Shown here piece by piece: positions 14,316 through 27,940 of a DNA stretch of 64,000 bases; the first letter of the stretch is position 1, and the number at the start of each line of letters is the position of its first letter. The DNA lies in NCBI GenBank assembly GCA_951406725.2, contig OX597828.1:53196001-53260000 (forward strand). The letters are read 5' to 3'. Origin of the DNA: Octopus vulgaris (taxonomy: Eukaryota). The translations under genes and the position numbers were made by a program. The notes below the pieces were generated by a model. It was not told where the DNA came from. It ran no database searches and saw only the letters and a program-made list of their open reading frames with translations.

Positions 14316-14663
14316 AAAAGAGCACTCAAAGAGTGCCAAGCTCCACCAAGGTAACACCAACATCCTCTCAAGGATTAGACAGAGATGATTTTTAAAATGA
14401 GAAAGTCTGTATATTAACAATGAATACTAATAATGAAACCAGCCGCTCTCAAAAATTAAGTAAAAGAAACGGGAAAAATAATTCAGAATCCTTGCCTGAT
14501 ACCGGATCGATCCCAAAATCGAGTCAGTTCGTGCCAGTCACCAGGCCAAACATACCCGAAAGTTTCCGCCGAATCCACGCAGCGGTTCTTGAGATATCTT
14601 GTCCACGGAAATACAAACAATCAAACAAACACGAATGAAAACAATATCTGTGGCGGAGGTAAC
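14316..14663 (+). mobile_element. Non-autonomous Helentron/HINE-like element
   Basis: Subterminal inverted repeats CTCCACCA (5') and TGGCGGAGGT (3'), GAGCACTC..GAGTGC hairpin and (AAAC)n near the 3' end; second truncated copy at about 52784-52863. Confidence 0.55.
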
Positions 14664-14796
14664 AAGAAAAATTTAGAGAAAATACTGGGATATAACACGA
14701 TGGCGTTTAAATCATTGCTATAGAAGAATATAAAGATAAAATATACAATGCTTATATAACATATAAAATATACAGCTATAATAAATGATAATGCAA

Positions 14797-14877
<81 letters not shown>

Positions 14878-14891
14878 TGATGATGATGATA

Positions 14892-14929
<38 letters not shown>

Positions 14930-14944
14930 AATAATAAAAATAAC

Positions 14945-15012
<68 letters not shown>

Positions 15013-15239
15013 TAATGATAATGATGATGATGATGGTGATATTAATATAAAAAATATGATATAACATATGTAGTATAATAAATATATAATATTTAAAATA
15101 ATAATATTAGCAATCAATGAATTAGAGGATATTTAAAAGTTATTGATTGATTGGTTATTGAATAATCTGCCAAATTCGTGAAGTGTTTAGACATGTTTTC
15201 TTAACTGGGCTGGAGGGGGAGACGTGCATACCAGTCTTT

Positions 15240-15294
<55 letters not shown>

Positions 15295-15384
15295 TACAAG
15301 CACATATATACAATTATAGATATAAATATATATATGTACATATATAGGAATGTATTTATATAAGTATATATATACACATATACA

Positions 15385-15420
<36 letters not shown>

Positions 15421-16108
15421 TTCGCGCGTGCGCACTCTCATACACACATATCTATGCGTATGTATGTACATGCATGTCAATTTGTATTCATATTATACAT
15501 GAATATATATATAGATATACACAAATTTATATATTTTCACACACGTATGTTTAATACATATATACGTATGTTTAATATATATATATCCATGCATACATCG
15601 ATATGCACATGCACACATAGATATGCACTTTAAGTACACACATGCATACGGACGCGCACATAGACATATATATTTACGTGTATATATATATACACACAAA
15701 TATATACACGTATAATTATATGTGTGTTTGTATGTTTGTATGTTTGTTTGTTTGTGTGTGCGTATTTGTGTGCGATAGTGTATATAGTATATATTGTAAT
15801 ACAATTGTTTATATGGTTTGCTTATATAAACAGCGGGGGGGAGGGGGAGAGGGAGAGGGAGAACAAGGGAATAAGTGAGAGTGTAGGGAGGTGTGAGGGT
15901 GGAGACAAAGAGAGATGTTAGACGTAAAAAAATTAAGAAAGAGGCGAAAATACATAAGAAGAGGTAGAAGCTAAAATATGAGGAAGCAAGGAGTGGTGGA
16001 TGAAGAGGTGGGAAAAATACCCAAAACAACCAAATTCATCACAACATAAAATACCAGACATTTTGTTCACGTTATTTGATTTCGATATTCTATCCTTATT
16101 ATTATTAG

Positions 16109-16907
16109 TTCTTCTTCTTCTTCTTCTTCTTCTTCTTCTTCTTCTTCTTCTTCTTCTTCTTCTTCTTCTTCTCCTCCTTCTTCTTCTTCTTCTTCTCCTT
16201 CTTCTCCTTCTTCTTCTTCTTCTTCTTCTTCTCCTCCTTCTTCTTCTTCTTCTTCTTCTCCTTCTTCTCCTTCTTCTTCTTCTTCTTCTTCTTCTTCTTC
16301 TCCTTCTTCTTCTTCTTCTTCTCCTTCTTCTTCTTCTTCTTCTTCTTCTTCTTCTTCTTCTTCTTCTTCTTCTTCTTCTTCTTCTTCTTCTTCTTCTTCT
16401 TCTTCTTCTTCTTCTTCTTCTTCTTCTTCTTCTTCTTCTTCTTCTTCTTCTTCTTCTCCTTCTTCTTCTTCTTCTTCTTCTCCTTCTTCTTCTTCTTCTT
16501 CTTCTTCTTCTTCTTCTTCTCCTTCTTCTTCTTCTTCTTCTTCTTCTTCTTCTTCTTCTTCTTCTTCTTCTTCTTCTTCTTCTTCTTCTTCTTCTTCTTC
16601 TTCTTCTTCTTCTTCTTCTTCTTCTTCTTCTTCTTCTTCTTCTCCTTCTTCTTCTTCTTCTTCTTCTTCTTCTTCTTCTTCTTCTCCTCCTTCTTCTTCT
16701 TCTTCTTCTCCTTCTTCTCCTTCTTCTTCTTCTTCTTCTTCTTCTCCTTCTTCTTCTTCTTCTTCTTCTTCTCCTTCTTCTCCTTCTTCTTCTTCTTCTT
16801 CTTCTTCTTCTTCTTCTTCTTCTTCTTCTTCTTCTTCTTCTCCTTCTTCTTCTTCTTCTTCTTCTTCTTCTCCTTCTTCTTCTTCTTCTTCTTCTTCTTC
16901 TTCTCCT

Positions 16908-16939
<32 letters not shown>

Positions 16940-18141
16940 TTCTTCTTCTTCTTCTTCTTCTTCTTCTTCTTCTTCTTCTTCTTCTTCTTCTTCTTCTCTT
17001 CTTCTTCTTCTTCTTCTTCTTCTTCTTCTTCTTCTTCTTCTTCTTCTTCTTCTTCTTCTTCTTCTTCTTCTCCTTCTTCTTCTTCTTCTTCTTCTTCTTC
17101 TTCTTCTTCTTCTTCTTCTTCTTCTTCTTCTCCTTCTTCTTCTTCTCTTCTTCTTCTTCTTCTTCTTCTTCTTCTTCTTCTTCTTCTTCTTCTCCTTCTT
17201 CTTCTTCTTCTTCTTCTTCTTCTTCTTCTTCTTCTTCTTCTTCTTCTTCTTCTTCTTCTTCTTCTTCTTCTTCTTCTTCTTCTTCTTCTTCTTCTTCTTC
17301 TTCTTCTTCTTCTTCTTCTTCTTCTTCTTCTTCTTCTTCTTCTTCTTCTTCTTCTTCTTCTTCTTCTTCTTCTTCTCCTTCTTCTTCTTCTTCTTCTTCT
17401 TCTTCTTCTTCTTCTTCTTCTTCTTCTTCTTCTTCTTCTTCTTCTTCTTCTCCTTCTTCTTCTTCTTCTTCTTCTCCTTCTTCTTCTTCTTCTTCTTCTT
17501 CTCCTTCTTCTTCTTCTTCTTCTTCTTCTCCTTCTTCTTCTTCTTCTTCTTCTCCTTCTTCTTCTTCTTCTTCTTCTTCTTCTTCTTCTTCTTCTTCTTC
17601 TTCTTCTTCTTCTTCTTCTTCTTCTTCTTCTTCTTCTTCTTCTTCTTCTTCTTCTTCTTCTTCTCCTTCTTCTTCTTCTTCTTCTTCTTCTTCTTCTCCT
17701 TCTTCTTCTTCTTCTTCTTCTTCTTCTTCTCCTTCTTCTTCTTCTTCTTCTTCTTCTTCTTCTTCTTCTTCTTCTTCTTCTTCTTCTTCTTCTTCTTCTT
17801 CTTCTTCTTCTTCTTCTTCTTCTTCTTCTTCTTCTTCTTCTTCTTCTTCTTCTTCTTCTTCTTCTTCTCCTTCTTCTTCTTCTTCTTCTTCTTCTTCTTC
17901 TTCTTCTTCTTCTTCTTCTTCTTCTTCTTCTTCTTCTTCTTCTTCTTCTTCTTCTTCTTCTTCTTCTTCTTCTTCTTCTTCTTCTTCTTCTCCTTCTTCT
18001 TCTTCTTCTTCTCCTTCTTCTTCTTCTTCTTCTTCTTCTTCTTCTTCTTCTTCTTCTTCTTCTTCTTCTTCTTCTTCTTCTTCTTCTTCTTCTTCTCCTT
18101 CTTCTTCTTCTTCTTCTCCTTCTTCTTCTTCTTCTTCTTCT

Positions 18142-18188
<47 letters not shown>

Positions 18189-18396
18189 TTCTTCTTCTCC
18201 TCCTTCTTCTTCTTCTTCTTCTCCTTCTTCTCCTTCTTCTTCTTCTTCTTCTTCTTCTCCTCCTTCTTCTTCTTCTTCTTCTTCTCCTTCTTCTCCTTCT
18301 TCTTCTTCTTCTTCTTCTTCTTCTTCTTCTTCTCCTTCTTCTTCTTCTTCTTCTTCTTCTTCTTCTTCTTCTTCTTCTTCTTCTTCTCCTTCTTCT

Positions 18397-18428
<32 letters not shown>

Positions 18429-18707
18429 TTCTTCTTCTTCTTCTTCTTCTTCTTCTTCTTCTTCTTCTTCTTCTCCTTCTTCTTCCTCTTCTTCTTCTTC
18501 TTCTTATTCTTATTCTTATTCTTCTTCTTCTTCTCCTTCTCCTTCTTCTCCTTCTTTTCCTCTTCTTCTTCTTCTTCTTCTTATTCTTCTTCTTCTTCTT
18601 CTTCTTCTTCTCCTTCTTCTTCTTCTTCTTCTTCTCCTTCTTCTTCTTCTTCTTCTTCTTCTTCTTCTTCTTCTCCTTCTTCTTCTTCTTCTTCTTCTTC
18701 TTCTCCT

Positions 18708-18739
<32 letters not shown>

Positions 18740-18910
18740 TTATTCTTATTCTTCTTCTTCTTCTCCTTCTCCTTCTTCTCCTTCTTCTTCCTCTTCTTCT
18801 TCTTCTTCTTATTCTTCTTCTTCTTCTTCTTCTTCTTCTTCTTCTTCTTCTTCTTCTTCTTCTTCCTTCTTCTTCTTCTTCTTCTTCTTCTTCTTCTTCT
18901 CCTTCTTCTT

Positions 18911-18940
<30 letters not shown>
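16109..18940. repeat. About 2.8 kb (CTT/AAG)n trinucleotide array with CTC/CCT/ATT variants
   Basis: Directly visible. Confidence 0.98.
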
Positions 18941-18941
<1 letters not shown>

Positions 18942-18999
18942 TCGTTTTAGCTTTCAATTGCTCACCGTCGTTCTTATATTTTACATCTCTCCCTTACTG

Positions 19000-19050
<51 letters not shown>

Positions 19051-19637
19051 TTACTACTACTATTACTACTGCTACTATCTTCATCATCATCATCGTAATT
19101 CTACTGTTATTATTATTATTATTATTATTATTGTCTTTCGATTTGTTGCCATCATTCATATTTACCCTTCTCTCTAATTTGTGCTTTTTCGCGTGGAACG
19201 TGCGGGGGGGGGGAGAAATAAATTCTTTCGGTATTTTGCTTTTAGTTATCTTTTTTTTTTTTATCATTCTCTCACTTTTCTTCTTTCTTATGTCAATGAA
19301 GATGTCGATAAATATTATAGAGGATGAAGATGACAATGATGATGATGAAAAGGAGGGAGAGGATAAGGAGGAGGGGAAGAAGAGGAGGAGGCGAGGGGAG
19401 GAGAGGGGGAGGAGGAGGGGGGAACTCGAAGGTGATCATGATGATGCAATAATGATGGTAATGAGCATGATGATGTCCTGCTGTTGCTGACGACGAAGAT
19501 GATGTCAACGACGACTATGATGACAATGACGATGACGACGATGATGATGATGATGACGATGACGATGATGATGACGATGACGACAATGATGGCAATAACA
19601 ACGACGTTGATCATGATCATTAGGAGGAGAATGTTCT

Positions 19638-19669
<32 letters not shown>

Positions 19670-19931
19670 CTGATGATGATGATTATGATGATGATGAAAA
19701 GGATAATGATCGAAGCTGTAATGTTGATGATAATAATGATACCAGTAGTGAGGATGAGGATGAGGGCGAGAGGAAGGAGAAGGGGAGGAGAAATGATGAT
19801 GACCATGATGATGACGACGACGACGTCGATGTCGACGGTAATAATGCCATTGTTTTAACTTCATCCCACAGAGAACACCATTGGAAAATAAGCCCACTAA
19901 AAGCCCTCAAATTCACTCTATAATTGCCCAC

Positions 19932-20210
19932 GGGGATATGGCGTAGTGGTTAAGAGTGCGGGCTACTAACCCCAAGAATCCGAGTTCGATTCCAGGCAGT
20001 GAACTGAATAATAATAATAATAATAATAATGATAATAATAATAACATCGAAAAATAGTTTAGGAATGGGAACCCAGGTTCGAAATTTCCCCAAAACAGGC
20101 TGGAGGGTATATCAACCGAAACGTTGTGTTAACAACAAACAAGATGAGGACAAATATCCGTTGAATGTAAATAATGTACATAATTCCTCATCTCTTAAAT
20201 ATAGAACTGA
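19932..20210 (+). mobile_element. tRNA-headed SINE-like element with (AAT)n linker and hammerhead-derived 3' module (core deleted in this copy)
   Basis: A box TGGCGTAGTGG, B box GAGTTCGATTCC; 3' part matches the reverse complement of 32119-32260. Confidence 0.7.
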
Positions 20211-20625
20211 AATATCCACATGTGTGTCAAATTTAATGGATTTTTTTTTTTCAAACATTTTAATAGAATTTTTCCAATAAAAAAGTTTAAAAACTATTAT
20301 TTATATTCAGTACATTTGCCATTAAAGAAAAACTTATGTGGGTGGACAATTGGAAATAAACAACAACAAAAATTAGAATCGCGACAAAAACATTAAAAAA
20401 TTACTTTCGTCAGCTTTATCAATAACAACAACACATCAATAACACATTTGTAGAACGATCGACTATGTAATATGTCATCGATAAATTGCATCGATATTAT
20501 AAGAGACGCACACACACATATACAGACACGTGCACAATTGTATATATATTTCACATATTCATATTTTCATGTACGTCTATACAAACATATTTACATATAT
20601 ACATATATATATATATATACATAAG

Positions 20626-20668
<43 letters not shown>

Positions 20669-22048
20669 TCCTGCGTGTGTGTGTGTGTGTGTATGTGTGT
20701 GTGTGTGCCGAAATGGAAATGCAAAATTGATCCCAGTTACTGTCACTTACTTTAATCAATTCTTCAGAATCTATACTTAATGTTATGTATAAGCAATTCA
20801 CAATTAAAAGCAGTCACACACGCACAAACACGCATACACTTTTATGTGCGTATACAGACATATATATATATGCACATAGATATATATATATCTATGTTTA
20901 TACATCTCTGTATATGTGTATGTTTGTATACTCTTTCTTTGTGCGTCCGATAAACTTAATATCTTTTATTATTTTAAAATAACGCTGCCGTCCTTTTATT
21001 TTCTTTAGTGATAACTTGATCACGTTTAAGACGATCATTTCATTGGTCTCTGGTTATCGACGCCTCCAGATTCATCTCCAGCATTTTTCTTAAGTTGATG
21101 TATCGATACATCGATTAGTTACGGAAAATAGAAACACAATAAAACGTTTTATTGTCCTTTTAAGCCTTTATTGATTAGAAAATATTTCTTCTTCAGAATA
21201 GCTTTTTCGTAATATATATATATATTTCTTTTCATAATTGGTCATCGAAATATTTTTAAATATTTTGAATATTTCCAAACATACAGATGTTAATATGCAC
21301 ACACACAAACACACGCACATAATCACACAGAGGCTCGAAACGTCAAAGTCTGTTCCATTTTTCCTGAGCGTCAAACTAATACACAGTTTTTGTTTTATGC
21401 TTTTTGTACATTTGCACAATTGTTTATGAGACACAGTGTAACAGCATCAGCATGGTATGCAGTGGTTCAAACCGGGATGATAACAAAAGCAAAAAGGTAA
21501 ATAAATAAATAAAATATGACCAAACATTAACTACATGAAAACACGGCTACTACATGACAAACATTACCAGCAACACACCAGCTACCATTGAACATACTAT
21601 TTTCCTACCGCATCTAACACTCTACTAAACTCTAGATCTGAAATTTTCAGCGTTTGCAAGCATATGTATAAATATATTTTGAAGAATTGGAAAATTCCAC
21701 CTATACCCGATTAACTTCTTGATATCTTTCCAACCTTATAATTTAAGGAGGATAACTCTTTTTCTTTTTTACCTGTACATTTTTAAATTTTAGTCTACGC
21801 GTTTCCTTTTTCTGTTTTTCCATTTCTTTTTAACCTTCTGCGTTTTCTATATGCTGCTTTCTCAGCATTTTCGTCTTTCTTCTCTTATTCATTTTTCTTT
21901 AGTTCGTTATGATATGTGACTTGTGCATAATGAATATGTTTGACATATTTCTCGGCATATGAAACTATTAGTAGCATTTTAAGACATGTATTGTGTCCCT
22001 TACATTAATATTTATCTTTCACCTGATCTTTCTATCAAAGAAAAGTAC

Positions 22049-22098
<50 letters not shown>

Positions 22099-22334
22099 TA
22101 TGTGATTATTTGTAGGATTTATTTGAATCATAATAACGACACCAAGCTAGAGTTCAGATCAGCACATCCGTGGACATACCGTACACAGCCACTCCGGCAT
22201 ATGCCCATACGTGTGTCTCTGGATACGGTATATACATACACTTACATAGACATGTAGATAAACACATCAATATAGATCTATATATGATCACATATCCATA
22301 CAAGCCGGCATTGCATACAGTCTCATGAAGCACA

Positions 22335-23345
22335 GTGGCCATGGGAACGAGAATGGGTCCAAACTATGCGAACCTGTTCGTTGGCAACGTTGAGACCCAA
22401 ATATTCTCAAGTTTCACTGGTCCCACTCCCAAACTATACGATCGTTATATTGACGACTGTATCGGTGTGAGCTCACTCTCTCACGGACATCTAGACTCCT
22501 TCCTCTCTTTTGTCAAATCTTTCCATCCTGCTCTCCACTTCTGCACTATTTCCGACACTTCAGTGGCTTTTCTCGACATTTCGGTCAGCATTCATCACTA
22601 CACTCTCACCACCTCCATCCACTACAAACACACAGACTCACACTCATGCCTCAACCTCTCTTCCTCCAACCATAAACACACCAAGATCTCCATTCCCTAT
22701 TCCCAATTTCTACGCAGCCTCTGCAGTGACGGCCATGACCGAGACTCAGTCTCAACTCATGGCTCGCCACTTCATCCTACGTGGATATTCCCACAGCGCC
22801 CTTGCCAGAGCACGTTCCATGGACCGTGCGTCCGCTCTCTCCCCACACCCGCCTCGCCGTCACTCGTCTCCTATTTCCCCTCACCTACCACCCCACCACC
22901 ATACCTCTCCAACGCACCGTTCTCCGAGCCTTCGAGTGACTCCAGACCAACCTCTCCATTTCGCACATCTTCTCTAACCGACCCCTCCTCTCCTTCAAAC
23001 GAGCCCACCACCTACGAGACCTCTTGGTCCACAGCTTCTCTAACCCAACCTCCCAACCCGACTCGTTTCCCGGCTCCCACCCACACTGCTCCAAAACCAC
23101 CCTCCTCACAGGCACCCATCATCAATCCTATCATATCACTGACCCCACCTGCACTTCTAGCAACGTCATCTACTGCATCTCCTGCTCTCTTTGCCCTTCT
23201 CTATACATCGGTCAAACGGGAAGCCGCATGGCTAATCGGTTTCCGGAACAACACCAAGACATCAGATTTGGCAACAACACCCCGGTCTCGCGTAATTTCT
23301 GCTCTACCGGTCATTCTTTACAACACCTGTCCGTGTTCGGATTGT
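22335..23345 (+). pseudogene. Penelope-like element: RT C-terminus and GIY-YIG endonuclease, frameshifted
   Basis: AMGTRMGPNYANLFVG...RYIDDC...VAFLDI..SIHYK.TD; second frame CTSSNVIYCISCSLCPSLYIGQTG (GIY-YIG). Confidence 0.92.
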
Positions 23346-23391
23346 CCCTTCTTCTTAGCACTCCTGTGTAACCCCTCTGTTCGGCATTTCT

Positions 23392-23582
23392 CCATGATAG
23401 ATCCCTAGCAACTAAACCTTTTTTATTTTCTCTCCCTGTTTATTTCTGTGTTCCTTTCTGTCGAAGAGCGTAGGCTCGAAAGGTAAAAGACTTTCTCAAT
23501 TCCCGAGCGTTAAACTAATACATCTGTTTGTTGTTTAAACACTCGTCTTCGTCGTTTGTTTTTCTTTTTTTGTAAATTCTCA

Positions 23583-23584
<2 letters not shown>
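23392..23584 (+). mobile_element. Penelope pLTR with hammerhead-like motif
   Basis: Directly downstream of GIY-YIG; CTTT-CTGTCGA-A-GAGC-GTAG-GCTC-GAAA-GG-TA-AAAG at 23454-23489. Confidence 0.75.
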
Positions 23585-23637
<53 letters not shown>

Positions 23638-23638
<1 letters not shown>

Positions 23639-23795
23639 GACAGGCTTCTTTCAGTTTCCGTATACCAAATGCACTCGCAAGGCTTTGGTCGACCCGTGGC
23701 TATAGTAGAAGACACTTGCCCAAGATGCCACGCAGTGGGATGAGAACACGGAACTATGTGAATGGTAAGCAAGCTACTTACCACTCAGCCACTAC
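23638..23795 (-). mobile_element. SINE family B, 5' half
   Basis: Reverse complement of GTGGCTG(T)GTGGTAAGTAGCTTGC...CTTGGGCAAGTGTCTTCTACTATAGCC...ACGGAAACTGAAAGAAGCC. Confidence 0.85.
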
Positions 23796-23814
23796 TGAGC
23801 CTAGCTACTCACCA

Positions 23815-24311
23815 CACAGACATATATACATATGTATATATATACATACATGTATACATGCATACATACATATATACATACATACACACACATACATACA
23901 TACATACACACATACATACATACATGCATGCATACATACATACATACACACATACATATATACATACGTACATGCATACATACATACATACATACATACA
24001 CACATACATACATGCATACATACATACATACATACATACATACATACATACATGCATGCATGCATGCATGCATACATACATACATACATACATACATACA
24101 CATACATACATACATACATACATACACACATACATACACACATACACACATACACACATACATACACACATACATACATACACACATACATACATACATA
24201 CATACATACATACACACATACATACATACATACACACATACACACATACATACACACACACACACACACATACACACACATACATACATACATACATACA
24301 TACATACATAC
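23815..24311. repeat. (CATA/CACA)n microsatellite
   Basis: Directly visible; representative of dozens of (TA)n, (CA)n, (GATA)n, (AAT)n, (ACC)n and (ACT)n tracts in the window. Confidence 0.95.
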
Positions 24312-26043
24312 AAAGCACTCATTGCCTTTTCATTCTTTGTGATTATCAGATCCATTTATTTCTCTTTTTCTTCCAAACTTATTCTTTCCCAATTTTCATT
24401 TTCCCATCCATTATTTCTTTTATTCTAGCTTTTGCCACTTTAAACAAAGTTTCTGCTGTATTCTAGCTTCGTTTCATTTCGTTTCTTTCTTATCTTTCCT
24501 CTTCTTCATTTCTTTCATTCAGCAACCATTGTATGTTTTCTTTCCTTTCTTTTTTTTCTTCCAAATTCCCTTAATTTTCTTCTCTTTCCATTTTCTTTCC
24601 AGTATTTTTCAGTCTTTTTTACGTTTATTTAAACATTTTTGATTTTTCACTTTTTATTTCTTCTTCTTCTTCTTCTTCTTCTTCTTCTTCTTCTTCTTCT
24701 TCTTCTTCTTCTTCTTCTTCTTCTTCTTCTTCTTCTTCTTCTTCTTCTTCTTCTTCCTTCCTCATCCTTTTTCTTCTTTGACCTCTTTCCATGTATTTTA
24801 ATTCAATCTTTATTATCATTCTATGATTTCAATGTTTATTTTTCTTGAAGTAAAAAAATATTGAAGCTATTTTTTGGAATATATGTCGTGTGCGCGGCTG
24901 CCAGTGTGGGAAAATGTGATGTTTGTGACTACATAAGTTTAGTAGAGAGAGAAAGAGAGAGAAAGAGGGAGCAGAGAGAGAAAGAGGGAGCAGAGAGAGA
25001 AAGAGAGAGAGAGAGGTATCTGTGGTGGTGTGTATGTTTATGTTGTGTGTGATTTCTGGTGGAAACTGACAGCTTTTGAGTAGAGAGAAATTTCCACCTG
25101 GGACATTTCTCCATAAGCAAAGACAAAAAGAGAAACAAAAAAGGACAAGGAAACAATGTCAGCAAAAATATTGAGAAGAAATTCATGGGTGCGAACGAGG
25201 TGTATAGATAGATAGAGAGAGGGGGAGGGAGAGACAGAGACAGATAGATAGAGAAAAAGATTGATAGATAGATAAGATAGACAGACAGACAGACAGATAG
25301 GCAGGCAGACGGACAGACAGACAGATAAACAGATAGGTTTGTTAAAATGAGGGACAGATAAAAATAATGACAATACAAAATTAAATAGGTCGCTCGGGAC
25401 GCATGATATTTCTCGTATGTTTTTGTATTCCGAGATTTGAAAAAAAATATAATTGATTTTTACCCATCACTTCCACCTAAAGAGGTCAAACAGCAGAGGG
25501 CATGTATGAGAATTAACTTATGTTATTATACGGAAGTTTTCAAATTTCCTGTTTACAGTCCGACCAAGACTCACTCGTAAGACTCACTCTTAACAGCATC
25601 AGTTTTTTTAAAAATAGTCAACCTTTCTTTTCCGTAACAGTGTATTTGTTGTGCATGAAATTTGTTTTGATCATCTACGTATTTGTCTGTTATAGTTTAT
25701 ATCTGTCTATATTTTTTTCTAGTGTTAATGCATTGATCACCTGAATGGTGATCAACTATTTTTTTAGACAAGGTTTCTCATGCGGTTCGAATCCATTTCA
25801 TTTGTTCAGTCTTTCTTTTCTTTGTCTCGCCGTCGGATAATCTTATCGGTTTGTGGTCCTTCGTAATAGAATATCTTGAGAAGACAAGAGTGCTATAGAA
25901 ACGCGCAGGTATGGCTGTGTGCTTAAGAAGTACGCTTCGCAATCAGATAATTTCAGGTTCGGTCCCCTGCGCGACACATTGGGCAAGTTTCTTCTATAAT
26001 TACCCAAGGACTTCTGGGTGAATGTGATAAACTGAAACTGTAA

Positions 26044-26336
26044 AGGCGGCGAGCTGGCAGAAACGTTAGCACGCCGGGCGAAATGCTTAGCGGTATTTCG
26101 TCTGCCGCTACGTTCTGAGTTCAAATTCCGCCGAGGTCGACTTTGCCTTTCATCCTTTCGGGGTCGATAAATTAAGTACCAGTTACGCACTGGGGTCGAT
26201 ATAATCGACTTAATCCATTTGTCTGTCCTTGTTTGTCCTCTCTGTGTTTAGCCCCTTGTGGGCAATAAAGAAATAGGTATTTCGTCTGCCGCTACGTTCT
26301 GAGTTCAAATCCCGCCGTGGTCGACTTTGCCTTTCA
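26044..26336 (+). mobile_element. SINE family A, full length with LINE-like tail plus a partial second unit
   Basis: A-box-like AGCTGGCAGAA, B box GAGTTCAAATTCC, tail ending AATAAAGAAATA, then restart at GGTATTTCGTCTGCC (26276). Confidence 0.92.
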
Positions 26337-26782
26337 TACAGTGTATTTCTATACACTGTATACTCTTCATATAATTTCTCCATTCTACTTCATTTCCTGT
26401 TCACCCAATCTTATATAATAACTGATCTCTACCTCTGTTTGTAACCTATCGTTGTAGTGTCCCCTCAAGTCTCTGTTCCTGTGACAAATAAAAGAAATCA
26501 TCGTCATCATCCACTATCTCATCATAATCATCATCATCATCATTGTCTACCGCCACCACCGCCACCATCTCCGTTATCGCCATCAACAATATCTTTATTG
26601 TAAGCAATGATAAAATTAGAAATATCAGATAATGTTGACAATTACGAGATATCATGTGATTTTAATGATAAACGCTGCTGCTGTTGATGTTGATGTTCAT
26701 AATGACGGGGATGATGATAAAGGAAACAACACCAACAACACCAAAATATTAACAATAACAACAACAACAACAACAACATTAA

Positions 26783-26813
<31 letters not shown>

Positions 26814-26843
26814 AATAATAATTATTATTATTATTATTATTAC

Positions 26844-26880
<37 letters not shown>

Positions 26881-26942
26881 CCAAAAACAAAACAATAACG
26901 AAATGCAACAGAAAGAAAGATATCTTCGATATACACACTGAC

Positions 26943-26977
<35 letters not shown>

Positions 26978-27329
26978 CAAAATATACATACACACATACC
27001 TACGTATACATGTATATCAGTATATACGTATACATACATACACACACATGTATACGTATATGTATGTGTATGTATATGTGTATATATGTATGTATATATA
27101 TACACAAATATATATAGATGCATACATGCATATATATATATATGTATGTATGTATGTATTTAACTACATATATTTACATGTGTGCGTGTGTGTGCGTATC
27201 CTTTTCGTTTTTATTAATCTAGTTCATGTTTTGTGTATTTCCTCTTTTATAACGATAGGTATCTTTTGGGGTTTTTTTTTTACCTTTACGTATCTACTTT
27301 TTTAAACCCTTTTTTTTTCACCGAACGTT

Positions 27330-27420
27330 TACAGCGCCCTCTGGATACGAGGATCCCAGCCAATCATAAAGCAGCAAGATAGTTAGCGTCACTTCATTTA
27401 GCTAACCCTAGCTTCCTGTC
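27330..27420. promoter_or_regulatory. Candidate regulatory island: CTCF-like motif, CCAAT box, ETS-like sites
   Basis: CAGCGCCCTCTGG (27332-27344; reverse complement CCAGAGGGCGCTG), AGCCAATCA near 27360, GCGTCACTTC and CTTCCTG, in non-repetitive sequence. Confidence 0.35.
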
Positions 27421-27891
27421 GTTCGGTCTCGGTGCCATTGTCTCCTGCAAGACGATGCTGGAGTCATGCCGAGATCGGGGATGTTATGATATTTGGGGAA
27501 AGTGGATGCAGAGGAAGATTGCGGGAGTGGGGGGGGGGGCGGTGAGAAAGAGAAAGAAAGTCAACGAAAGTGAGAGGAAAATGAGAGAGAGAGAGAGAGA
27601 GAAAGGGGGGAGACTCAGGAGATGTGGAATATCAGAGAAACAGAGAGAGACAGAAGCAAAGACAAACAGAGCAAAAGACGGTACGATAGAGTGTAGAATT
27701 ATGAACGAGAAATTAGGAAAGACAAGTTAGTGAATGATGGGCTGTGAGACAGAAAGGGAGAGAAACAGAAGGAGACAGATATACGGAGAGTAAGAGGGAG
27801 AGGTTGATAACTGCGGAGAGACTGGTCCGAGAGACTGTATGAAAATAAGACGGCAAAAAGGCAAGGACGAGTGGTTCTAAAACCAATATAG

Positions 27892-27940
<49 letters not shown>

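Noticed and set aside
16000-19098. 1032-aa and 950-aa ORFs
   Set aside because: Homopolymeric translations of the (CTT)n array; not genes.
19932-20000. tRNA gene
   Set aside because: A/B boxes are present but the acceptor stem does not pair; it is a SINE head.
23587-24466. His/Thr/Tyr-rich ORFs (and similar ORFs at 34-37 kb, 45 kb and 62 kb)
   Set aside because: Stop-free (CATA)/(TA)/(CA) microsatellites.
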